A stretch of 64,000 nt of DNA from positions 17,608,001-17,672,000 of the forward strand of contig CM120646.1 in NCBI GenBank assembly GCA_051362555.1. Direction: 5' to 3'. The DNA comes from Lingula anatina (lineage: Eukaryota > Animalia > Brachiopoda). Positions within the stretch are counted from its first letter, which is position 1. Each line of letters begins with the position of its first letter. The notes below the pieces were generated by a model that did no database searches, was not told where the DNA came from, and saw only the letters and a list, made by a program, of their open reading frames with translations. A program made the translations under genes and the position numbers. Positions 26,275 to 39,619 of this stretch are shown here, piece after piece.

Positions 26275-27599
26275 GGTTGCAGTGCAAACACATGTGTAGG
26301 AGCTGTGTTCTACCATATTTACTTTCTTTTCAAAATGATAGCTAAAACCAATGTGTGCCAGGATTTGTAATTCACTTCCAAAGAAATTTTGTTTTTGGTG
26401 TATGGCCGTGTCCATTTATTTTTATACTTTAAAAGACTTGTGAACAACAAAGTGTGTAAATAAACAAATTGTTTGGGAAAATGTTATAAAAAGATAGACA
26501 TTAAATGCAGAAACTCGGCCCACAAATATTGTCTACAAGGTAAACTAATGTCCAGAAAATAATTTCATCTTTGTTTTGCAGTAGGAATAAACTGTATACG
26601 TAAAGGGGTACAGCAGTAATGCTTTTCAATTTCAGGTGGTTTACTTCCAATATTTCGATGACTATCGGGGGAAGAGGATATCTAGATACCTTTTCCCTTA
26701 ACCTGAAGTAAGATGTAAGAAGGGTGTAAATTTGATTGCGGTTTCTTACCACAAAACCCGCTTGGTGCCGCATGTGAGCCTAGAGTAAATTATTATTTTA
26801 AGCAAATGTACCTCTTATCTGTCACAGACACGTTGTATCCCCTTTGTATTACGAAATAAAAAAACATTGTTCAAACATTGCATTTCTGTGCGATGAGAAC
26901 GTGGAGAAATGCACGTAATCGCTGACTCGGTTTAATCCAAGCGAGTACATAACAACCTTCATTTTAATATTAACAGGGACATAAAGAAATGAATCATAAA
27001 AGAATTTTTTTTTCATTATCAGAGTGGCCATCTACATGCACAGTGTATTTTATTGCCTTAAAGCGTGATTTTTATTGTTATTGTAGACAATTTTAAACGA
27101 AAACGACAGACATAGGTTTAGCTCTTATTTGAATATTCAAGAGGTTACCTAAATAAAATAAGATGTAATTTACTTCGATACAATTCTAACATGCAAAAGA
27201 AAACAGTAGTGGATAACTCGATTGCAAAATACACGTGTAGACACAATCGCTATTGGACTCGTGACTTTAAAAGAGCACATTCTGATGCTAAAAATATATG
27301 AGTGCTGAACGTCCTGCAGTTATATTCCGAAATTTGAGGTTAATTGCGACCAGAATCTTATCTACCACATTCAAGAGACTTTTTCCCCAGTTTACCGAAT
27401 TTTACGCACTTTTACTGGGAGAAGAATCTTTCAAATCCTTCTCAAAGGTCTCTTCTCCTCCTCCCACTAATATGCCGGTGACAGAGAGTCCAGCATGACA
27501 GACAGTCCACTTCCCATCCCACATGATGGATTCTGACAAGCAACACCATTGTTCCAACGTTTTTATTTCTTGGCTTTCTTGTCTGAAGGCGAAATCTTG

Positions 27600-28930
27600 T
27601 TACACTGATTGGATAATTGGAAACGTGGCAAAGTATACATCTTTGTAATCTGCATAATACAGAAGACCATCATGTGGGTTGTAATCTAACATGGTGTTGT
27701 ATTTACCAGGTTGTTTGAACGGGATCCTATTCGAGGGAAGCGACTCTTGTTTCCCAGTGTTGGTGTCATAGGTAAAACTGATGTAAGTGGATGTATCACT
27801 GTAGGAATTCGTGGCGTAAAGCACTCCGCATTTCATGAACGTGTTTCCAACGCTCGTGTATGGAATAGTCGTCGACCACGACATCTCCACGTTGAGAGTG
27901 TCCGGGTTCATCTTGGCAATGACCAACTTACAGCTATCATTTTTATTCGCGTAAACTAACCACAGTCCGAACTCATCCACGGCAAAATCAGTGGTAGTGT
28001 AACCGCCCCATTGATATGGGCAATTGCTTCCCGCATCCACATCGTCCATCTGCTTCTCTACCATGATCTTCATTTTCAGGGGATTATACTTAATGATATT
28101 CTGCGTATTTAATCGACGAAAGTATACATTGCCCCAATACACGACATGGCCCGTGCCAGCAAAGTAATAGGGAAGTGTAAATGACGCAGATTGAGTACCT
28201 TGCTTCATAGCTGTGAAAGTGTCGAACACAACAACTTTGTTGTAGTAATGCCCACGAAAAAAATAAACTTTACCAGCTTCTTTAAGAGTTAATGGTTGAG
28301 AATCCTTCATCCAAGCGGAGTGATAAGATCTGGCAGTGGTATACTGGAATAAGGTGGAAGCTTTTTCTATGCGTATTTTGCTTTTCGAAGAACAGTTCAC
28401 TGTAACAAGGAATAGACGAGCCATTTAGTATAGTTGTTAATCAAGAATATTTTTGTCATCTTACCATTTGAATACAAGATTTGAAAAATTATACACCATT
28501 TATGTCCAATTCGGTCAAATGTACATAACCAAGAAGCATATATAGGGGCTAAATATGACATGCACAATGTATACCAATTACACGCCCAAGATTTTGAAAG
28601 GGACTTACCTCGTCTGCAGTCCAAAAGAGCTTGCTTCATAAATTTTAGGGAATGTTTTGCCAGTTGCAGTTCAAAGTCGATGTTTTCTTCTTCAGCGACA
28701 AGCCCTCTTTTGCCAACATATTTATTCATCTTGACAAAGCGTTCTCTCTTGGCGAAGAAACCTGGACAGTTTTCAGAAATCTGATTCGTGACATACTCAA
28801 GGCGGTGGTTGATGTGAAATAATTCAATCATCTTCTTGAACAATGCCTGAGCCCCGCTGTAAGCATTTACGGCCGCGGGAGCAAATGCCACAACCAGCGA
28901 AACGAGGAGTGAAAAAGGTAGACTTTTCAT
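27600..28930 (-). CDS. Secreted olfactomedin-domain protein E; 2 exons, ~373 aa
   Basis: Exon 28930-28609 (signal peptide MKSLPFSLLVSLVVAFAPAAVNA, helical region with ENCP...GKR...LDCR) and OLF exon 28399-27600, joined by a phase-1 GT..AG intron. TATATAAA at 29051-29058. Confidence 0.9.
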
Positions 28931-29530
28931 GGTATTGCAGTTGACTTAAATTTTAAAGCAGCTTCAGCTGAAGAGAGCGTATGACGTCCTACGGAACAAG
29001 CTGTCTTTGACGAACAGTGTTTACTGCACCGCTCATCTAAAAAGCGCTGGTTTATATACCTTACGTTTTGCGCAGAAGAGATTAATTAAACGAAATCGAC
29101 CAATCCATTTTTTCTAGAGTCGTGATTCGCTACGATCGGAAAGAGATAGAGGGTTTGGGAGGGTACGTTCGACTTCAAATTATGTGAGGATATAAATGGT
29201 ATTTATTGGTTTGCAATAAGCATGCAGACAATAAAGAGAAAAGTCATAGTTTCATTGCAAATATACAAACTTGAAGTCGTTAGAGTAATAGCGATAGTTT
29301 GCAGTTAAGTTAGACTAAATTGTATTGCTGCATCCAATATGCACTTGTCAATTTTATATAATCAAAATGGAGCCCTGCTCAATAATGCTAGGACATCTTT
29401 ATTTTAAAATAAAACTGTTAAAGTTGGTCTTCCTTGGATGAGTACGCGATTAGTAGCGCACCGCAGTTCTCACTCTCGCTTATCCAAAACAAAACGATCT
29501 TTTAACTTAAATCTGCTCATCTTTAAATGC

Positions 29531-29532
<2 letters not shown>

Positions 29533-29580
<48 letters not shown>

Positions 29581-29581
29581 T
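29533..29581. repeat. (ATT)n microsatellite
   Basis: Seen directly. Confidence 0.95.
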
Positions 29582-30383
29582 AGAGTTTACAGTAAAAAAG
29601 AAAATAAATGAATAAAATGAATATGCAATATGCACAAAACAAGGTACTGTATGTCTGCCAACAATCATGGAATCCCCATGCTGTTATTTCAAATAAATAA
29701 ATGGTTATCATTTAGAAATTTTGAAACAGATGTTTTAAAGCTAATTCTCAAAAACAAGGAAAGCAGCAAAAAAATTCTTTTTATGCGCCGGTTCTGCTGC
29801 ATCGATAATACCCTTCTTAAAGACCACTGATTGGGCAAAATCTAAATAACAAACTAGATCCGAAACTTTCATTGGTACGTAAGATGCATGATTTTTGGAA
29901 AGCTAAATTATGGCAAATTTCGTATTTTAACACAAAAACAGCCTTGGTTCTTTTCAATATGGCCTTACCCCAGGAGAAACTTCTAGAAGAACTGACCTCT
30001 TTGTTTAGCTGAGAATGTGCAAGTCACTGTCTATATTTTTAGCAAAGATAAACTGAAATCATGAGAAACTGTTATAATCTTTGCTTATGCTCCAACTATT
30101 TGAATTATTTACGTAAACAAGGATGAAAAGAATCTTTGCATCTGTCCATCTTGATATGCATAGCGTCTGTCGTGTCGTGTCGTGTCGTGTCAAATACACG
30201 TTATAAGGACACACGTCTTTCGATTTGAGAGTATTGAATAGATAAATAAAAAAATAAATAAATAAATATACATATAATTGATTAACATATGAATTGATAT
30301 AGAATATACATCAAAACGTTGAGTATCAGTGTCACAAAGCACGAATACATACATACGCGCTCGTTCGCACACATACACATACG

Positions 30384-30386
<3 letters not shown>

Positions 30387-30459
<73 letters not shown>

Positions 30460-30505
30460 AGAGAGAGAGAGAGAGAGAAAAGAGAGAGAGAGAGAGAGAG
30501 AGAGA
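30387..30505. repeat. Compound (GA)n microsatellite
   Basis: Seen directly; it produces the spurious RERE/SLSL ORFs in the track. Confidence 0.95.
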
Positions 30506-31133
30506 AAGGATCCTACAAAGTTAAAAGACAATACAATCGAGCTTTAGTGGTGCTAAAATTCATTAAAACGGATTTTGATCACGCATTCGGACATTGCTAT
30601 GATCTTTTGATACAGTCTAAACGATCTCCATTACACTAATATGTGTCCGAACGTAAATTTGCATTTCAGTTTTATAGCATGTACGTGAGATGCGTTAATT
30701 TATTTGTACGCTAATTTCTGGAAAAACTGGCTTTGTCACTTTAATTTTCAATACGCCCATGCCTTACACATCATCTTTGCTTGTTGGAAAAGATGTGCTC
30801 AAACTAACTGCATTTTAATGTAAACACGTTTGAATAGAAACTTGGTATCTCTCCATCTTGATAAGGACCGCGTCGGGTTGCTTCAGCACGTTGCGTTAAC
30901 ACGTGTGTCCTCAGAAGTCACGTCTTTCGAAATTAGAATAAATACAATAAATAAATAAATATAAATAAATAAATAAATAAATAAATACACAAATAAATAT
31001 TTAACATTGAAATTATTTCAAAAGGCAAAACGTTGATCATCATTGTAATATAATTGAATAGAAACAAAGCACATATATTCACAAACAACCACACACACAC
31101 ACACACACACACGCAGAGAGATACAATGTATCT

Positions 31134-31175
<42 letters not shown>

Positions 31176-31691
31176 CAAAACCCTGCATCTGCAAATATTA
31201 AAATATTTAAGATCAAAATCACAGGCTGTGATTCTATTCAAACACTTGTTTATTGGAATTCGATACACTGCAAAACAATGCCCTTTATCGCCCAATACTA
31301 CTTAACCCAAGCCTCAGCTGATCTTCAAAGAATAACCGATCAATCATATAAATATCGATTTCCGCGATTTCGATTCCCCGTCGCAAACAAAGGAGATTTA
31401 AGATTGCACAATCAATATAGTGCTTTGATGAGTGGGCGTCGCCTGATTAGACCCTATAGCCACCTGTGGAGATCTTAGTAGGCTGGGGGGAAGGTTGGGC
31501 TACTGTACATAACCGTGAACGTACATGTAGTTGGTCCGTATAATAGCGAGTTATGGAGAGAGCGTGATTTTCAACATTATTTAAGTTTGGATGAAGTATA
31601 TTAAACCCCAAAAATAAGTGAAATAAGTAAAAATTACCGTGTCATCTGATTAGTAAAATACGGGGTAAATCGCAGGCAAATCGTCGCTCAG

Positions 31692-34600
31692 ATGGCCAGT
31701 TCGGAGCTGCGAAAACGAGGATTCCGCGTGGAGCCCTTCACGAAAGACTGTCCGCAGTTGTCCATTCCGTTGATTTTACCCAATGATTTCCTGTACAACC
31801 CCGAGAAAGGATCAGTCCTGGACGTGGTTGGGGAGAGAAGACGACAGTTAAATCTGATCGAAAAAGCGGCCGAGTTGATAGGTGGTATAGAGGGCCCGGT
31901 CTGTGTGATGGCCGTCTGTGGGGAACCCATGGCAGGAAAGGCGTATGTAGTGTCCAGGTAAGTAAATCACAAAAACCTGAATTTTTGTTTTATTCTGTTG
32001 AAATCCTGCAATTTATTTATCTATTTATTTGTCTCAGTCTTCACAACATGGTCATAGTAAGTGAAGCAGTGCGTTTTCTGGAATTTCCTCAAATATATTA
32101 AATGATAAGGTTGATCCTAGTGGAATTCTGAAAAACGAAAAAAAAGGAGAATTGTTTGCGGACAAGCTGAATGCTGAATTTGAAGCAACATGGGCGAAGA
32201 GGAGGGCAGGAACTCGAGCAGTCCCATCAGCAATATATACATGTACCTGTGAGAACTGCAGTCTCGGATTGCCCTGATCAGCCACCAGAAAAGGTGTTCG
32301 AAGGGGGGTAAGCCATGGACATAGTCCAACTGTTGCCTTCGAGGGGATGCCTCCTATCTTTGCAATCACTAGATGCGGACTGACTGTGCCGTCTGTCGTT
32401 TCTCACATCTCCAACAACAGTCGAGCGAAATTGTCTTGTGGTAAAATTACACTATAGTGTAAAATGATATATCGTGGGTGATGAATTTTGCAAGGAATAT
32501 GATAAGCGCGTCATATTTTCATGTTTATGAAAAGTTGCGTTTGAGCACGGCGTTGAGCTGTTCATATTGTATGTCAATTTATTAACACACGATGCAAATT
32601 TTAGACTCTCTTTCTCTCTCTCTCTCTCTCTCGCACACACACACACACACACGCACACACACACGTAAAACCATAACTTTTAATCTTAATTTAAAAACAA
32701 ATTGTCTCGAAGCTTAATATATTTTATATCCACAGACTTCTTGGCTCTTCCAAAGCGTTTACTGTGTCTGCTGAGTTCATGGTTCAGACAACCAAACCTT
32801 GTGGAGCATGGCTAGGCACCAGCGTTCTTAAGAGTGATGACGTCACAGTGGTTTTACTGCATGTCAATTTAGGTAGTGTCTTATGTGTGTGCAGGGGGGG
32901 TGCAGTGTATCTTGTATCGTTTAATTCTTGATTTATTTTTTGTTTGTTTGTTTATTCATCCCATTTGTGTGTGCGTGTGTTTGCGTTGCATTCATGCATG
33001 TGTGTTGATGCGATTGATCTAAAGGAATAGTCTGCCAGTGAGGTTTCGTAAAAAAAAAAGCATTTTGTGGAATTTTGTGACCTATCAGGCATAAATATAC
33101 CTGTACCGCGCAGCTGTACTCTGTCGTTTAAGACCATATTTATTTTATTTTCTAAAAGTTAGGTAAAAGCCATAAAATGACTGCCAGAATTTCTTTTCCA
33201 CTTTAAAATAAATTTCTTGTTTTTTAATTTTTTTTTTGGGGGGGGGGGAGTAGGGGGGTCATTTATTTCATAACTTCAAAAGACTTGTAAACATGCCAAA
33301 ATTAAGGTAGATTATAAATGCAGAAACCTGACTCACAAATGTGTCCACAAGGTACATGTAAATCGATATCCACAAAAAATATAAAATGTGTTATGAACTT
33401 AAAAATGAAAAAGTAAATTTCTATAATCAGCAGTTAGCATGGAAACTGTTGTCACCTGTTTTGGTGCCTCGGGTAAGGATGCTATCCGTGCAGTTCTTTA
33501 TCTTAATACCTGTACTGCGCATTTGGATTAGTAAGGCGCATTTCGATCGTTCTTAAGCAAATGTGTGTTGCATGTACATGTACAGGTGTGTAGTACTGCA
33601 CTATCTCAGTAAGACGTATGATTGGGACTTCTTACTACTATAACTATTGGGCGCTGCGTGCAAACTTATATTCAATGATTGCCTTTTTTAAAGTTTGATA
33701 CTTAAGGCAAGGGAATTTTTTATATCCCATATCTGCCGTACATCTTGTTGCTACCGGTATATAGACATGCATGCTGCTTCTCCTTTTCATTTTAACGTTG
33801 AATGCATGACTGGGCTTAATCTAAATTAAAAGAGTTAAAAACATATTTGAGTTCAACAGGCCTGAGTTAGAAGATCGATTGTAGGCTAGAAAAATCACTT
33901 TGAATGCATGATATCAAGTCACCGATACGTATATACTGTACTACCGCCTCGTTGACTGTAAAAGCCGCATAAATATTACTATAAAATGTTAAATCTGCAT
34001 GCTATAGATTGTATCGATTTTTGACCTTTCTTAACAACACCATTTTGTCAAATCTAATTAATTTAAAAAGTTTGGTTTGTCTGGAGTAACTTGATTTTTA
34101 AGCGACAAATAACAAAATTCCAAAGTGTGACAGGTAAACCTGTTGTTACTTACAACTGCAATCTTTATGTGAGATAAATAATGGTATTTTCTAGATTTTG
34201 AAGACGACGCCGGGCTATTGTTATCCACCCTGTTGATCAGCTCTGTCGTCGTCTACAACACCCTGGGAATCCCGTCGAAAAAGGATCTGAACAAACTGAA
34301 GTAAGTTCTTGTTTTGTATAAATTAACCAATAAATTGACAGGGCCGCGTTCTTGTTGAAGATGAGAGGATATTACTTCCTGCGAATTTACATGTGTTGAG
34401 ATTTACTTGTATTATATTGTTAGAGATGTAATTTTCTACGCCTTTATTGGTAGTGGGGGTATTATTTTTTACTGGTAAACACACCTCGTCCCAGCTTGGA
34501 CAAGTGCAAATAGGTTAATTACCTCCGCCAAGGAGGTTATGTTTTCACCCCTGTTTGTCTGTTTGTTTGTCTGTCTGTCTGTCTGTCATCAACATAACTC

Positions 34601-35276
34601 AAAAAGTTATGGACCGATTTTGATGAAATTTTCAGGAACTGTCAGAAGTGGGCCAAGGAAGAGATGATTAGTTTTTGGTGGTAATCCGGATCAATAATCA
34701 ATCAACAATCAATAATAATCAAAAATCGCTGCCTTGGCGGAAGTCTGCGCTCTCGGAGTGCTTTTCTAGTTAGGTGTTATTATTGAGGTTGTATACTAAT
34801 ATCTGTGCCCTGTTAGCCAAAATCGGGCTAAAAACGAAAAGCGGCCTTGTTTGGCCAAATCTCGAACAATAGATATTCTTTGTTGCCTTCTTCTTGTTGT
34901 GAATTGGACCATGAAAGTTTGTGGTACACTGGGATGGAGAAGACATAAATGCTATATATTTTTCGTAGAGTCTCGTAGAGCAAATTTTCACGCGGATGAA
35001 AATTGCACGATCCAAATAAAATCTTCGTCTTTTGTCGTTAGTTATATTACGGTTTCTGTCTTTTCTCTGTAATCACCACAATGTTCTATGCCTCGTGCTA
35101 AATGTAAAAATCCTTAGTCACGAAAGCAGATCTTTTAAAATGTAAAATAAATCTAAATGTGAAAAACATGAAATGAATATACTAATCTCCTACTTGCTTT
35201 TTAGCGCTGATAAATGCGTTTGAATAACCACTGCTAAATGTACATTCATGTATTGAGGAAATTGAAGGGACTTTTC

Positions 35277-35320
<44 letters not shown>

Positions 35321-38300
35321 TCACGTCTACTTTTCTTATTTTCCAGATTTCTTACAACGCTTGCAAAGAATCTTAGCATACAAGAGGGGCAGGTCGTCGC
35401 CGATTTGAAAGAGTTCCGTTCTCACATGCCTGATTTCATTTGGCTGTGCCGCGACGTCGATAAAAAGTTGATTTTACCGTCAACAAAGGAGTTATCAGCA
35501 AGCGATTATATCTTAAGAGTGGTAAGTATGTGGTTCGATCTGGTGTAAGGGGTAACAAGATTCGCATATGTTTTCTTTTGTATGGGTCTTAGCTAACGAA
35601 TGTGTGCCACGGTATATACACGTGTTCGAGTGCGTGGGGGTATGTACGTGAGTATTGTGTGTGTGAGTTTTTAAACATGTATTTCTGTTATATATCTATA
35701 TTGATGTATGTAATTCCATTCTGTTTTGTGCTATTTCACTTGATTTTAGTTTTAAAGTGCAATAAATAGAGAGAGACTAAGGCCGTTTCGGGCCGTCTGA
35801 TTCCAAGTTAAAGTGACATAACTTTGTATCCCCCCATTAAAAAAACTGCTTGATTTTTTTAAAAAAATACCTGATTGAAGACATATAAGCTTTCAAATTA
35901 TTGATCGTGAATCGTCTTACCTGTAGGTGTGTGGTCGTGACACGGCGGAGGACGAGCTGACCGAAGAAGACAGGACAGCCGAGGCCCTGGTCTCAGCGTT
36001 CTGCTCTGTGGATGCTTTCTGCCTTCCCTGCCCAGGACCAGAAGACGTGGTGGAGGATATCGCTAAACATGCCGACAAAATCAGTCCCAAGTTTACCAAA
36101 GAAATGGATAAGTTTCTGGATGTCATGGCACAGAAAATTCGACCTATATTTGGATTTACGGATGGCTCTGCCCTTTCTGGTGAGACAGTGTACTATTCGC
36201 TATATTACCTCCACTATTTCATCGTCTGGTCTGCAAACTGTTCCAGACCGGTTCAGTTGCTCCTCATTGCTTTCGGTCAGCAGTTTAAGTGCATTTTTTA
36301 ATACAGCGAAAACTTACATGACTGAATCAACAAAACACATACATTTGGGTTTATTTTGATTTTATTCCAGGCCGACATCTCATAGAACTGTTTCGCGTCT
36401 ATTTGGACTGTGTTAACCACCCGAAAAATGTCCCCAGTCTGTCATCTGCCTGGTCACTTACCATGATTATGATGAAACTGAAGATAGTGGACAACATCGT
36501 GGCCTTCTACAATGAAAAAATGCAGGTAAATACTATTAAAAAACACTATAAATGTAAGATGGCTTGGTACAATGTAAGTGGAATATGGATTGGCTGACCT
36601 ATCGTATGTCTATAGCACTAAGAGAAAACACGTAGCTTGGAGTACCAGGGAATCCACAATTTTTACTTTTCTAGTTGAGGTGTGATATACTAAAAATGAA
36701 AAAAAAAAAAATCAAGATTAATTGGGGGACATTGGCAATGTGCTTGATTTTTTATATTGACTTTTCTTTTGTGTTGAAGTAGTGAGTAAATAACTATACA
36801 TGTATACTAGCTTGTGTTATTTTGAATCTAGACACTGTATGAGGCGGCAAGCACGAAGAAAGGGAAAGAATCTCCCCTAGAAGAATTCTCTGATGAAGAT
36901 AAAAAACGGTAATGCCTACTCTGCTATTCTCAAACCATTTAAACATCTCAAAATTACAATGTTAATATTCCATAATAATGTATGGCACGGTTTGCACAAA
37001 AAAAAAAAGGTTCGCTAGTTGAATCTAAAATACATATTAACATCCATGGCAAAAGATTATTTATATGTCTTGTTTATATTGCAGGGACACTCTGATGGAA
37101 TTGCACAGACAGGCCGTGGACAAGGCCTTGAAAGAAATGTATCGAAGAATGGCAGGATTTGGATGCCTAGAGGAGAGAGACAGGACAGAATACATTGCGA
37201 CCGTCCCCAAGATGTTAGACAAGCTTGGTAAGTAGTCGACGATCCTTTTTAAACCATGCAATTATTTTACTGTGTATAACGTAATTCGTTGCCAATAAGT
37301 GCATCTTTTGTTAAAATTTTATAAACTTGATTTATTGAGATAATCCATATATACTCCCTAACATAAAGTGATAACGACAAAATTGATAGTGGTAAGTCTG
37401 TCAGAGCTGTAAAATGGGTGGAATTTCCGAATTCCTTTTTACCCAATTCTATCGAAAACGAAAGAAATAGTAAACATTTTAATCAGACGCTAATATTATG
37501 GCTTCACATTTTCAATCAATTTAATCATTCAATCTAAATTGTAGTCAAACTAGAGGATGAAACACTCATGTCAAAGGACCGCGACGGAAAGCCTGTAAGA
37601 CACAGCGGTCCTCTCCTGGTTGGGGGAGAATTGCTCAAGTTCCGAAAACAAAATCTCGAATCATCACATCGCTTCTGCGAGAAGATCGCGGAGAAGCTCT
37701 TCAAAGAAGTTCGTGATGACGCCATGAAATATCTGTACGATTATTCCATGGAGAAACTGTGTAAAAAGCTCGATGGCGCTAGAAAAGACTACATATCCAA
37801 GGCCAGAGGACCAGCCAAGTACGAGGTGCTCAAAAATAAGCTGCAATCACCGGATATGGAGGAATTCATTGATAAACTAAAGGTACAAATAAAGATGACA
37901 TTTGATGACAGATTTTTTCCTGCAGTTAAATTGTTCCTAGTGTCATCAGTTAGTAAGCTTTCAGGATGTAGGCATTTCGTCTAATAGTTGTTGACCTGCC
38001 AGATAGTTTCCGTTTTACATAGGGTTTCATGGCATTCTTCTCTACTGTGTGCATTGCATGGTCTCTTTAAACAAAATTCATTACAGTTGTATTGGATGTT
38101 GAAAATCTATCAGTTTAATATCTCTTTGTGAGCATAACGTAATGGTGTTCACTGCATCACAAATTATATTGTTAACGAATAACGATTACCATTTCCAACC
38201 GGGCCATTAGGCATGAATAAACGAGTTTCGAGTTATCAAGCTTCAGTTGAAGTTGAGACACGTATTTGTATAAATTGTATATTCCAGGCAATGAAGTTGT

Positions 38301-39619
38301 TCAGAGAGGCAGTAATAAGGGGGCACATAGAGCAGGAGGATGAGCACCTGAAGAACGAACAGTCTCGCCAAAAGGTCCACGAGATCGCGGAACACATGGA
38401 TCGAATTAAGTGGGAGAAAGAGCGGGTGGTAGAACTCACTGGGAAATACTATAACAAGCTGACACAAATGGTAAATAGTTTGAGGTTTGGATAGCAGCTT
38501 AGATGACGCTGTCAAACGTGACCAATTACAATATACAAGTATTATCCTCGCATTTATTTAGACTAACTATTTCATTTTTTTCATGTCGGGCTTCTTGTTA
38601 AATTCTTTTTGGATTGAAAGGATTTATGTTATTGTTCCTTTTTTATCTCTTTTCTTTTTCTCGACGCCAAGAAACCTTCCTTGGCCAGAGTAGCACAAAT
38701 AAAGCTGCTAACAGATTGATTTTCATAGACATCAAGAGACGATTTTTCCATTTAAGACGTGGCATTAAGAATATTTATGCTGTGAGCGCATTATATTGAT
38801 ATTTTACAATATATGCTCTATTGCGTAAAAGCGAATTGTCAAAAATGTTTCCAAGAAAAACGAAATTACAAATATTTCAGAAAGCGAGAAAAGGGGTGAG
38901 GCTGGGGGGGGGGCGGCTGGGGAGGGGGTTGAATAATACATGTAGGCGTTTCTTATACCACCGATAATCTCTTTAGATAAAAGAAGGTCCGGACCTCCGA
39001 GAGCAGAGAGATAGGAACAAAACTAAGCAGTTTATGAAAGCCGGAATGTTGAAACAAGCTAGGGTAAGAAATCAATGCTTGATTATCTAGTAATATTATT
39101 CATAAAGTAGTAAACGAGGAATACTATAGCAGAATCGGAATAAAGAAATGATTTGAAGTCATTTCAAAACGTGTAGCGTTTGCCTTTCAAATGAGGTATC
39201 TCAAAAATCAGCTGGTTGATTTTTTACAGTTACCAACGGGACTAATTTCAATAATCGTATATATATGGCATGATATGTAATTTAATTTAAAACGCGTATG
39301 ATTAGTATTGAAATGCACCTTGCACATGGGCAATTGCTGAATAAATTATCTAAGAATAAAAACTAAAACACAAATCACGTTTACCTAAGATAATGATATA
39401 CTTACAAAAGTACATGTTAAACTTTCTTTATAGGACTTGGAAGAAATAATGAAAAAAGAGGCCGCTGCTGTCAACCCCGCCGAACAGTGTCAATGGCTCT
39501 CGAAGGAGGCCGAAGAAGCACGGAAGATAGAACAAAAGCTTATTACCATACAGAAAGAGAAGATAAGCATGTTGAAAAACGGGGCTATTCCTAAAAGAAA
39601 AGACTGCGTTATCATGTGA
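31692..39619 (+). CDS. Guanylate-binding protein (GBP/atlastin family)-like, degenerate GTPase motifs, C-terminal CaaX; 12 exons, ~701 aa
   Basis: Exons 31692-31957, 32736-32872, 34195-34300, 35347-35521, 35927-36179, 36371-36525, 36832-36908, 37085-37227, 37545-37882, 38288-38470, 38977-39063, 39434-39619; 2106 nt open frame. GBP hallmarks: PVCVMAVCGEPMAGKAYVVSRLLG, LLISSVVVYN, PDFIWLCRD, LSGRHLIELFRVYLDCVN..VPSLSSAW, a long helical tail, ending KRKDCVIM. Confidence 0.88.
34519..34771 (+). mobile_element. Non-autonomous Helentron-type (DINE-1/HINE-like) element in GBP intron 3
   Basis: Subterminal inverted repeats CCTCCGCCAAGG / CCTTGGCGGAAG, internal (GTTT/GTCT)n, 3' hairpin GCGCTCTCGGAGTGC, ending CTAGTT in a TT context. 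Confidence 0.8.

Noticed and set aside
30190-31305. RERE/SLSL/THTH low-complexity ORFs (also the poly-K ORFs at 50102-50422)
   Set aside because: These are translations of microsatellites or homopolymer runs.
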